A stretch of DNA of 54,319 nucleotides, taken from assembly GCF_001194135.2 (NCBI RefSeq), contig NC_068982.1, forward strand, positions 112,774,684 to 112,829,002, in the 5' to 3' direction. Under the pieces are notes generated by a model, which saw only the letters and a list, made by a program, of their open reading frames with translations, was not told the DNA's origin and made no database searches. Source of the DNA: Octopus bimaculoides. Lineage: Eukaryota. Below are positions 41,165-51,480 of the stretch, piece by piece (the stretch's first letter is position 1; the number at the start of each line of letters is the position of its first letter). Made by a program: the position numbers and the translations under genes.

Positions 41165-41256
41165 TCCCTACACTAGAAAGCACTTGCCCAAATTTATTTA
41201 CTGCAGGATCGAACCTCGGACCATGAAAATGAAAAACGAATGTTTTACCGCATGGG
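41165..41256 (-). mobile_element. Old CORE-type SINE head
   Basis: Minus strand has B box GGTTCGATCC followed by TTGGGCAAGTGCTT. Confidence 0.55.
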
Positions 41257-41844
41257 TAAGTCAGCTACTCACACTTGATATTTGTCATCATTATTTACAA
41301 CCAGTTCGTGAGTGTATCGCCACTATACTTTCTCGTCCTCATTCATTCATATACATTCAGTACTAACACTTCCTTCTAAATTCCTCAAACAAGAAATCGT
41401 ATCCCAGAATTTACGATTTCTCTTCCATCTACGACATTTGAGTTTATTCAGACTTTTAATTTATATACTTCACGACATAATACATGTATTTAGAAATTCA
41501 AAAATATTATTTAAGCTTTTCAACTTAAAATAATGATTTACAAGTATTATATGTATATTGTACTGAAGAATGATTTCTAAGCACATGCATACAGGATTTA
41601 TTAGATATGTAATCAGCCATATTGAGGTCTTCAATATTTTGAAGTCCGCCGTCTTTGTTAACATGACTCAGACAAGTCATATTCGGCCGGAGGAACATGT
41701 CTCACAAATACGTTCTATTTGGAATGGTTTCTGTTTGGCTGTGCAACCGAACAGGGATCACTATAAATTGTACTGGCTACGTTTGACCGTGACACACACA
41801 TAAAAAAAAATCATTATTTACATCTGACATATATTTGGCCTGAA

Positions 41845-42007
41845 CTTGTTTGTTGTTAACACAGGTTTGAAATTTCCCCAAGACACCCAATGAAGGCTGG
41901 AGAGTATATCAGCCAAAACGTTGTGTTAACAACAAATAAGATGAGGACAAATATCCATCAAATGTAAATAATGTACATAATTCCTCATCTCTTAAATAGA
42001 GAACTGT
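41845..42007 (+). mobile_element. Solo PLE pLTR fragment with a mutated hammerhead and an 18-nt inverted 5' tail
   Basis: Matches the 48.8-kb and 50.2-kb pLTRs (GAAATTTCCCCAAGACAC...AACAAGATGAGGACAAATATCC...ATGTACATAATTCCTCATCTCTTAAA). The core is mutated to CCAATGA and AAAAC, while stem II GGCTG/CAGCC is intact. Confidence 0.85.
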
Positions 42008-43798
42008 ACTAAAAATGTTTTCTTTTCCCCAACTCTACTTTGTCTTTGCTAGTTCACTTGTCGCTTACAGAGTTAGTGAATGCATTTTATAGGGGTATTA
42101 TTTCTTGTACACGTATGTCTGGAAAGTCATTTCTTATCTACGGTGTTTTCAATGAGGGTATGTGCAGTAGAGAATTTAGTAATTGGAAAGAAACAGTAAT
42201 GGCATGTAGTCATGCAAGTGATACTGTGATGGCAGCTTCATAGCCGTATGTTTTCTCGCGAGAGATAGTTATGGGTTGGTTGATAATGACGGAAATGAGT
42301 GACGGGTAACGGATGTCTATAACGAAAGGTCTGAGAGATAAGGTGTGATGACTCGCAGGAAACAAACATTGATGACAGTGTGTATCGGAAATGAGCAGAT
42401 ACGAAACAATCCTGCATACATCCTAAATGAGTGAAATATAAAAAGAGACAAGAATGATGGTAATAAATACCGAGTAAGGCCAAGCAATGCGCTGTGTCGT
42501 TATATGGGTGCATCGGGTATCATGCTGTGGGGAATAGCAGAGATCCAGTGCTGTAACTAGTTACACTGACAACATGATGCAGTGAAGAGAACAGAATAAA
42601 TGATGCAAAGTTTACTGACACACCAAGAAGAGTCTATCAAAGAAATGAAAAGAACGCCGAGTCTTAAGAACATATTAGATGAGTGGATGAAATTTGGAAA
42701 TAGATATTTCAATGGTTCTGTAAATATCACTATTTTGACGTTATTTTTATAATGTTTGTACCTGTGTGCAGGTCTTCTCTAACACTGTGTGACCAATAAT
42801 CATGTTCCTTCGTCATCCTCTTCGAGAGGTTCATATCAGATCAATATATACCAGGTTTCCTTTCGTCTCTTTCACAGGTTAAATTGATTTTGAGTGATCG
42901 TCACTTCTATATACAGCTGTCAGTCTCTATATGGATTATTATACTAGTACGAGGACAGTATCTTACCTTACATATTACATCTGATTGCCCTTAATCCACT
43001 TTTATTTCTGTCAGTTCAAGTTTATTTGTGCTGCGTCGTTCACGTACTCTTATATTAAAAATTCTCATGCTCGCTTCATTTTTTTTTCTTGATAGTTTTC
43101 ACAAATTCTCGGCAGTCAAGGCCCTTGCTTCCTTACCTTGCTTCCTTACCATGCTGTATAGTTCTTCGTTCAGAAACTTCATACATTCTGTCGTTCATTC
43201 AGTAATAGAAAATATTTGTCATCGGGGAACATAACGGATTCCTGAACTTTTGCTAACGCGGCCTTATTTAAGCTACAATTCTTTCGGAACTATCACCTAC
43301 ACTGCTAATTGCGTTCCCTTAATAGGCAAGAGCAACAAATTATTTCAAGAAAGCCAGGCAGACATGTAAGAGAATCTAGAGAAGCTTGTACTTTTCCTGT
43401 GTGTCTGCCACATAAGAAAACTACGTTTTCTGTTAGCCTGTCTAGCATCCTATTATACTTTTTGTTCATAGTCTATACTGATACATCTTATGAATATTTT
43501 AACAGTTTTTTTCTTGCAAAGCAAGCACAATTATTTCCATGATATCAGCAGAGACCTGGACATATAAGATTTTCCCCAAACGGCTGGACTTAATTTCTCT
43601 GTTATATATATTTGAAGCTATATTAAACTAGAAGGTACTGGGTTTTCACATCTGGTAGAATTGTATACATTACTCTTTACATGTATAAGCACTTAAATAT
43701 ATAATAATAATACTCACAGATACACACATACATTCACGCGCGCGCACTCATACACATGCACTTATATGTATATGTACATACATACATATATATATGTA

Positions 43799-43903
<105 letters not shown>

Positions 43904-45214
43904 ATGTATGTATGTATATATGTATATATATTACATCGGAAATGAAAGCAGTCATACAATATTGCAAATATGACAAACGTCTATATAGTATTTCCCATGT
44001 ATTTCAGTTATTTTGTGCTCTTTTCCTAATTTTGACCAAATAACAAATCATACCGGTTCAACTTATTTTTATCGACTTCAATAAGATTAAAAGCTGAACG
44101 CACATTACTTGAACACGAGATATATTATATCAATGTCCTACTTATTAATATTTTACGGGATGTAGAATTGGCAAGCAAGTATTGCAGACAACAGCAACAG
44201 TAATATTTACTAAATCTATGCTTATTTTTCAAACAGTTTCATAAAAGAATATTATGGAAATGTTTCTACATAATGAAAAAGCCTTCGATATGAATGCGAA
44301 ATATTAGTATTCTGGATAAAAATATAAAGCTTCTACAATGTATGAATACATATAACACGTTATGGATGCCTATAGAAAATATTAATAAAATTTGTATAGT
44401 TGTATGTAATCCGTAACAGCCTTTCAAAATAAGAACTGACTACTTGGAATATTGATGTATAGTTTTAACTTTCTGTAAATGATTTCCACTGGAAAATCAA
44501 ATGATTAGTTGTTCCATTGATTATCTGCTTAATCTTATTTGATGGGGATAAATATCAAGATATATTGATATTGCAGCTAATCAGAAGTGCACAATGTTGC
44601 ACTTGTGCCGGGATTGATATATTCACAGTTAAATCAATAATCAAATTTGATGAAAATCTGTAGAAGTATCCTTTCAAGAACCATCAATTAGATCACTCAA
44701 ATATTCGCAGTATCTTCTTCGAGTAAATTTTAGGCTTCCGCCATGAAATTTAAAGTGGGACTTGTTTACGAAATTGCCGTAGTACGCACATGTCATGTGA
44801 TAATAATTATGCAGTGATACAGAAAAGTCTTTTGGCAAACATTTTGTAGGTTATTCAGATTTGAAAACCAATATCTTCATCAAAACAAGAGATGATAGAA
44901 ATCAATAAAATATCAATGTTATTAATTTCTCTGAAACGCCTTTAGAAAGATATAGTCGATTGAGTTGATTTCCACATATTATTGGTAGTTGAATGTAATC
45001 GCATGGCAGAATGGTTGCTGCTGAGGTTGAACCAAATATGTGGCAAAGTAAACTATTGACATACATGTAGACATTTCAAAGCATCTCTATCACATTTCTA
45101 GTTTTGTATTACAAGAAAGCCAATATTATCAAAATATAACTATAGTTCTTAGGTATTTCAACTGGATAATACATGTGTGAGACACCATTCAAACTTATGT
45201 GTAATGGTAATACA

Positions 45215-45895
45215 GGCATATAAACGCTGACATATAACACCGACTTTATATCACTAACATATAACGCTGATATGTAACAGTAACGTATTACGCTACGATA
45301 TAACAGACATACAATGAAATAAAATACTGATATATAACTCTGGTATACTACACGGATATATCACACTGATGTGTGTATTGGCACTCCGTCGCTTACGACG
45401 TCGAGGGTTCCAGTTGATCCAATCAACGGAACAGCCTGCTCGTGAAATTAACGTGCAAGTGGCTGAGCACTCCACAGACACGTGTACCCTTAACGTAGTT
45501 CTCGGGGATATTCAGCCTGACACAGTATGACAAGGCTGACCCTTTGAATTACTGGCACAACAGAAACAGGAAGTAAGAGTGAGAGAAAGTTGTGGTGACA
45601 GAGTACAGCAGGGTTCGCCACCATCCCCTGCCGGAGCCTCGTGGAGCTTTAGGTGTTTTCGCTCAATAAACACTCACAACGCCCGGTCTGGGAATCGAAA
45701 CCGCGATCCTATGATCGCGAGTCCGCTGCCATAACCACTGGGCCATTGCACCTCCACATCACACTGATATACAACAGTAATATGTAACATTAGCATATAA
45801 CATGTATGACAGTCATATAACACCGGCATATAACACCAGCATATAACTCTAATATAACTTTGACTTAGACACTGGCATAAACACTGATATATAAT
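45215..45895. repeat. Degenerate ~13-bp minisatellite (ATATAACACTGAC), split by a SINE
   Basis: Units such as CATATAACACCGAC, ATATAACGCTGAT, ATATAACACCAGC and ATAAACACTGAT occur on both sides of the SINE at 45377-45757. Confidence 0.7.
45377..45757 (-). mobile_element. tRNA-derived SINE (third family) inserted in a minisatellite
   Basis: Minus strand: A box TGGCCCAGTGG, B-box-like GTTTCGATTCC, CORE-like TTTATTGAGCGAAAACACC. It is GC-rich and little decayed. Confidence 0.85.
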
Positions 45896-46097
45896 ACTCA
45901 TATATGTGGTGGTGGATATCCGTCGTTCGTTGAAGTGGATTCCTCTTTTTATGTCACTCAAGTGATGTATTCCTGACATAATGCTGAGCATTCAACAAAC
46001 ACACTTACAATTAAATGAAGAAAGAATCTCCTTGACACAGTGCATAACATCGCAGCGCATTTTGGACTGTAGTAACAATCCACCTTATATACAGTTT

Positions 46098-46230
46098 CCA
46101 CTTGCTCAGTTTCACTTACAAGGAATAGATTAACCTGAAACTACAGTAAATGAAATTTCCCCAAGACGCCATATTCAAGACCAAACCCTCAACAACGTGA
46201 TTGCAAAATAATCTTCTTAACCATTCAGCT
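46098..46230 (-). mobile_element. Very old CORE-type SINE fragment
   Basis: Degenerate CTTGGGGAAAT..CTGTAG..CAGGTTAATC on the minus strand. Confidence 0.35.
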
Positions 46231-46249
46231 ATATCGTATTTATACAGAT

Positions 46250-46385
46250 ATATCGACGTATTACACTGACATGTAACATTGTCATATAACACTAACATAT
46301 AACGCATGTATATAGCATTGACTCATAGACGTATAACACTGACATACAAATACTACTATATAATGCTGAAGTATAACACTGATAG
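46250..46385. repeat. Second block of the same ~13-bp minisatellite
   Basis: TTACACTGAC, ATATAACACTAAC, GTATAACACTGAC, GTATAACACTGAT. Confidence 0.65.
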
Positions 46386-46417
46386 CAAACAGTAAGAGAG
46401 GTTTCTCCTTTGTAGCA

Positions 46418-46520
46418 TGGCCTGCTACTATTGACAACCAAATCTTCCTACTATTGGCAGCCAAATCACACCCTATTGTCTTAAAGAAGGAAATAACACA
46501 TTGGATAATGTACTTCTAGA
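46418..46520 (+). repeat. Unclassified interspersed repeat, copy 4
   Basis: TGGCCTGCTACT..GCAGCCAAATCACACCCTATTGTCTTAAAGAAGG..ACACATTGGATAATGTACTTCTAGA. Confidence 0.65.
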
Positions 46521-48682
46521 CACTCTCATGAAATAAGGATGGCCTCTGTGAAAATGTATTAATTGAGTTTTGATCAGATGTTTAATATCACTAACAACAA
46601 CATCAGCAATAACAACCAGCATACGACGTCTTAGAGTCGTTTGATTAGAAAGATTAAGAGAAGGAAATTACACAGTTGGAGAAGGCAAAAATCGTTCAAA
46701 AGTGTTTAGAAATTTCATCAGCAGTTTCACGTATTTAAACTCCTTTCCTTGCGCAGAGGCAAACGGAGGCTAATGTATCTGTGGTTATTGTGTCTCAGAT
46801 CACCAAATTATCGAAAGCATTTCACCAGCGACCCTTCCGTCTTTTTGTGTATATATAGGTGTATATTATATTATGTGCACATTATATATAAGTGAGATTA
46901 TCTGTGGTGGGATAAAAGGCAAATTATCTTTGAATGGATTGAAACTGAGAAATTGAAATGATGTAAATAAATACTGAAAGGCATCCCAGTTCAGAGTTCC
47001 ATTGAATCTGTTATTTAAGACAGTAGGCTTTAATTTGTGGGAAAATTGACTGTCACAAGTGGATCGGGCGAACCCGTAAAAGCTACCTCCATGGATCATG
47101 GCCAATTGCAGTAAATTCGAGATGTTGTTATTGTTAATTGAGATATATATTTTTCCACTTATGTAATATGAATATTTCTTCGACTTTACTTTTTCAGTTT
47201 TATCATAGAGATTGTTCAATTACTCAATATTTGTTTACTCGGGTAAACACCTTATTTAACGGTAAAGAAAACAATTACTAAATATGATATGAAATTATTT
47301 CATATGCTTCTGCTATAAGATTAAAGTAAATCTGTTTTACAAGAGAAATATGAATATAATTTTTTTTTTAAATCCAAGGATATCCACTCTCACTGAGGAG
47401 TGGATAAGATGATTAAAGAAAGTTGTGTTTTTAAATTTTTAGTGAACAATTGTTGTTACACGATCTGAAAGGAAAGATACAGTTTCATGTCCACATGGAC
47501 TTTCCCCCCTCATTAAATAAACATGATCATTTATGTAGAGCAAGACTAAATATGCACTGGCGTATAGAATTAACCTTGCAAATAACATTGAAATATGTTG
47601 CTACATTATTCTCCGTCCGTGTGGTGTGTGTAAAAACCACTTAATCATGAACTTTTACTAGATTTTAAGATTAGATTATTTTTTAGCCTTCGGCAAGACA
47701 TTTTCTGGTAGGTTTGGGATCGAAGGCATTTCATCCAAGACAACCACTATCATTTATATTTAGATATAAAGTTTCTCGGAGTACATGATGAAATGTGTTC
47801 TTCCATTATTTTAAGATGATAGAATGGGACCTGATGAATATTTGACTGCAGTTTCTAGTCGGCACAATGGCCGCGCCTAGGCTCCATTTAATGATAGGAT
47901 TCATGACGAGAATACTAGTAAATAGAAATTGTACTAGTGAACAACCTTCACAGAACTGTATTGACATTGTGACAATGTGGACGAATTGGGATATTTCCAA
48001 GATGTATTAAGGTATCTAGATCGATGTCCAAAATTTAAAGGGCAACACAAATGACAATGTGTTTAGATATTTATTTAATGATATTCATAGAAGCATATCA
48101 AAAACATCAAGGATTTTTACTTTACGTTCTATATTATTTCCTGATAAATAATATAGGAAGCATAGTTTTGTTTTGTATGATATTAAACCAGAGATAAAAC
48201 ATTTGATGACATCATATTACTGCTTTCTAAAGTTAATATGCATATTTTTAAAGATTGGTGAAGTTTAAAAAGCACTTTCATGTAGCCTTCCTGGTCTTCA
48301 CAGAACTTTAAACAGTATCGCTTTTAAAGTGTATTACATCGAGAACACATTTGATATGATTTAAGTAAACATTTGGTACAACAATATTAAAGTATACAGT
48401 GATTTATAGTTCAAAGCACACTAATCGATTGACAAAACAAAATCTGAAATTATTTTAACTGACATAATAGAAGTTTCAATAACATAGGGGAATTTGATAA
48501 AGCTGCAAAAGCTTAAAGTTATGAGCACGTTGACATGTCAATAACTAGAAAATGAAAGAGAATTTTGATTTGCATTGCAGAGTCCCAGTGGTAACAGTTC
48601 ATGAAAAGTAAGAGTAATATGAACGTATTTTTATAGCTTAGAAATATGTTCGTTTACACATACAAAACCACACAAAAGCGCA

Positions 48683-48720
<38 letters not shown>

Positions 48721-48791
48721 TGTTTAAGAGATGAGGAATTATGTACATTATTTACATTGTTTACATTTATGTCCTCATCTTGTTTGTTGTT

Positions 48792-48833
48792 AACACAACG
48801 TTTCGATATACCCTCCAGCCTTCATCAGGTGTC
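48792..48833 (-). ncRNA. Minimal type-I hammerhead ribozyme in the PLE pLTR (stem II 3' arm deleted)
   Basis: Minus strand reads GACAC-CTGATGA-A-GGCTGGAGGGTATATC-GAAAC-GTT-GTGTT. The core is intact, stem III is the palindrome ACGT, and stem I is GACAC/GTGTT. AGCC is missing relative to the 41.9-kb copy. Confidence 0.75.
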
Positions 48834-48904
48834 TTGGGGAAATTTCGAATCTGGGTTCTCACTCCTCAGGTATTTTTCGATGTTATTATTATTATTAAGT
48901 TCAC

Positions 48905-48959
48905 TGCTTGGAATCAAACTCAGAATCTTAACCACTCTTAAACACTAAGCCATATGCCC
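48905..48959 (-). promoter_or_regulatory. tRNA-derived Pol III head within the pLTR (A box retained)
   Basis: Minus strand reads GGGCATA-TGGCTTAGTGT(A box)-TTAAGAG..AGATTCTGAGTTTGATTCCAAGCAGTGAAC, then (TAA)n. Confidence 0.6.
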
Positions 48960-48988
48960 GTAGGCAATTATGGAGTGATTTTTAGGGC

Positions 48989-49634
48989 TTATAAATCTAA
49001 TATTTTTCTATCCTTCCTTAATACCGGTTCCCATATGCTGCTCATATCTGCACTCGGTCTGCTTAGGAGGTTGTTGTGGCCTAGCATATGTGCTGCTTCT
49101 TTTAGTTTTCGTATTTTCCAGTGGTGTTCTCTGTCTATTATTTTAACTTCATCCCACAGGGAGAGGTGGTCTTCATTTTTCCATACATGATCAGCTATAC
49201 CCGATTTATCAATATCTCCTTATTTTGACGCGGCGGCATGTTTCGCCGTTGTATAACCTACCACAGCTGTATGGGATGGAGTACACGCAGTCTTTGGTCA
49301 TATTCTCTTCTATTGGTAGTTTTACGCGAAGGAGATATTTGCGAAGTGTTGTATAACTCTTGAATACTGTCCTGATGTCATATAGGCCGCATATCTTTTG
49401 TATCTTTTCGGAGAGGCCTTTCACGTAGGGTAGACAGACTATGGACAGTTTATTGGCCTCATCCTCTCTCTTCTTCATAATTGGAGTGGATAGTATGCTT
49501 TTGGGGTAGTTGTTGCTTAACAGCTCGTTAGTGAGCTTGATCATTTCTTCGTGGTGTGTATCACGATCGCTACTTATATTCTTTGCACAATGTTTTAGGC
49601 ACTGAGCAATCCCTCTCTTTACACTCAACTTCAA
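48989..49634 (-). pseudogene. PLE ORF remnant: RT thumb/linker plus GIY-YIG endonuclease (Poseidon-like)
   Basis: NNYPKSIL, LPYVKGLSEKIQKI, CVYSIPYSCGRLYNGETCR, then after a frameshift or deletion DKSGIADHVWKNEDH..VKIIDREHHWKIRKLKEAAHM..WEPVLRKDRKILDL-stop. Confidence 0.9.
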
Positions 49635-49644
49635 TTCCTACTAT

Positions 49645-49710
49645 CCATATAGTGTAAAGCGCGGGCTACTAACCCCGAGATTCCGAGTTCGATTCCAAGC
49701 AGTTACCTGT
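49645..49710 (+). promoter_or_regulatory. tRNA-derived Pol III head within the inverted pLTR (B box retained)
   Basis: AGTGTAAAGCGCGGG-CTACTAA-CCCCGAGATTCCGA-GTTCGATTC(B box)-CAAGCAGTTACC, then (TAA)n. It is homologous to 48905-48959. Confidence 0.65.
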
Positions 49711-49713
49711 ATA

Positions 49714-49807
<94 letters not shown>
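49711..49807. repeat. (TAA)n microsatellite inside the PLE pLTR
   Basis: About 32 TAA units immediately 5' of the Dong-like fragment. Confidence 0.95.
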
Positions 49808-49808
<1 letters not shown>

Positions 49809-49809
<1 letters not shown>

Positions 49810-50097
49810 TGTGGCACCTCAAGGCGACTACCATACCAGTGATTGTAGGATCTCTAGGAATGATAAAAAAAGGTACTGAAACCTATTTGAAAATGATACC
49901 AGGCTTATCATCCCTACAGGAAGTGAAAAAAATCATGCTAACTGGAACNNNNNNNNNNACCTGTGAATTTACGTGTGTAAACTGGGAATGCATACAACGA
50001 GTTTCTCTGCCTTAGGTGTACGGAAAACACTCGGCGAGAAATGGAAGAAAATTTGAAGAAAGAAGAAAAAAAAAACAACATAATAATAATAATAATA
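49809..50097 (+). mobile_element. 5'-truncated R4/Dong-like non-LTR retrotransposon 3' end (RLE C-terminus, 3' UTR, TAA tail)
   Basis: MWHLKATTIPVIVGSLGMIKK..IPGLSSLQEVKKIMLTG matches the MW..K...IPVV.GALG...QK..L.GT C-terminus of R4/Dong RLE elements. It is flanked by (TAA)n on both sides and contains a 10-N gap. Confidence 0.75.
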
Positions 50098-50171
50098 AGA
50101 AGAAGAAGAATGATAATAACAACATCGTAAAATACTATAGGAATGAGAACCCAGGTTCGAAATTTCCCCAA

Positions 50172-50226
50172 GACACCTGATGAAGGCTGGAAACGTGTTA
50201 ACAACAGACAGCCGAAACATTGCGTT
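50172..50226 (+). ncRNA. Minimal hammerhead ribozyme in the inverted pLTR (stem III and stem I substitutions)
   Basis: GACAC-CTGATGA-A-GGCTG-[19-nt loop]-CAGCC-GAAAC-ATT-GCGTT. Confidence 0.7.
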
Positions 50227-51445
50227 AACAACAAACAAGATGAGGACAAATATCCGTCAAATGTAAATAATGTATATATATATATATACTTGAACACGTT
50301 ACCTATACTTAATACACAGAATGCCCATAAATATTAATTTAAACACTCTTTGCGCGCACTCATACACATATACTCATATATAATTATGTTGTGTTATGTT
50401 TACTATGCATTAACTTTGTTTTTATGTATATGTAAGAGTTGGCGCCCTTGTTAATATTCTTTCTTGTTGAAATCCACACAGGAACGATTCACATTACTGT
50501 ATGCTCGATTTTATCAGAAAAGTTGATAAAAAATCCATCGGAGTATTCATCGACAAACTTTGGTAAAGATTTTTGACATGTCCTACTGCATTACATTGGT
50601 TAAATTTCTCTATTTATCGTCACACAACCTCTGAATCACAGAAGAACACAAGTTAAATAAACTAACTCAACGATCAAAGAATAATACAAAGCTAGTTAAT
50701 TACTTTCCAGATAATGAAAACACCTCGTTTCACTAAGATTTTATCCTCATACTAGATTCACCTCTAATAAAAAACACATAGATTTGTGAAGCTTTAATTA
50801 AAGAATAATTTTTCTCCGTGAACTAATGATTCTAATCAAGGAAATAAAACTATTACACCTGGCTTTGTCTTGATGTTTCCGTATGTATATTATTTAGAAT
50901 TGGTATTAATCAAAATTGCGTTTTGAAATAAACACGTTGGCATTACATTTTCCATATTGAAATTGTTATATTCATATATGTAATTTTAATCTAGTTCACT
51001 TTCCTCGTAAAACTTTGCAGCCTTTCCGTTCGACTATGTTTTGGAAGTAATAGGTAAATCATATCTAAAGATAAATTGAATATGAAATCATATGCGATGA
51101 TAAATTGAAATTAATTGCTTTATGATTTTCTGTTATACAAGATAGGTTAGCATGAATAATGAAAGCTAATAAGAGCAGTACATAGAAACTAAGGAGAAAA
51201 TAAACAAGAAAAATAACATAACTGAACATAATTGTCTAGAATATGGATTACTATCATGCATCAAATCAACAGATTAGTAAGTAAATTCTAAAAACTTCAA
51301 TGAATAATGTTTGTAAAATATAGATAACTCGCGAGAGAAAATCATATCTGAAAGTAATGAAAGTATATTGTTGAAGGTGCTACAATATTAGTTACGATAT
51401 TAGATTTGACATCGTATATTTTATAACTGGAATTACATTAAACAT

Positions 51446-51480
<35 letters not shown>

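Larger units (their letters stand above)
48718..50273 (-). mobile_element. 5'-truncated Penelope-like retroelement with 3' terminal repeat (pLTR) and an inverted pLTR at its 5' end
   Basis: The ORF remnant (49634 to 48989, minus strand) is followed by a pLTR at 48718-48960 (-). The same pLTR recurs inverted at about 49645-50273 (+), interrupted by a LINE fragment. Both outer ends abut (TA)n. Confidence 0.9.

Noticed and set aside
44733-44760. GCTTCCGCCATG (Kozak/YY1-like start context)
   Set aside because: Both strands give only very short ORFs (MKFKVGLVYEIAVVRTCHVIIIMQ-stop; MAEA-stop) and there is no CpG-rich promoter context.
45215-45895. CRISPR-like or other prokaryotic repeat array
   Set aside because: The sequence is eukaryotic, and the units are short, degenerate and contiguous with no unique spacers or cas genes.
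46866-47219. 117-aa minus-strand ORF (MNNLYDK...)
   Set aside because: No recognisable domain, AT-rich composition and no convincing splice signals.
49645-49710. Functional tRNA gene (apparent anticodon ACT)
   Set aside because: There is no acceptor stem, the A box is truncated and the T arm is mismatched. It is a tRNA-derived segment of the PLE pLTR.
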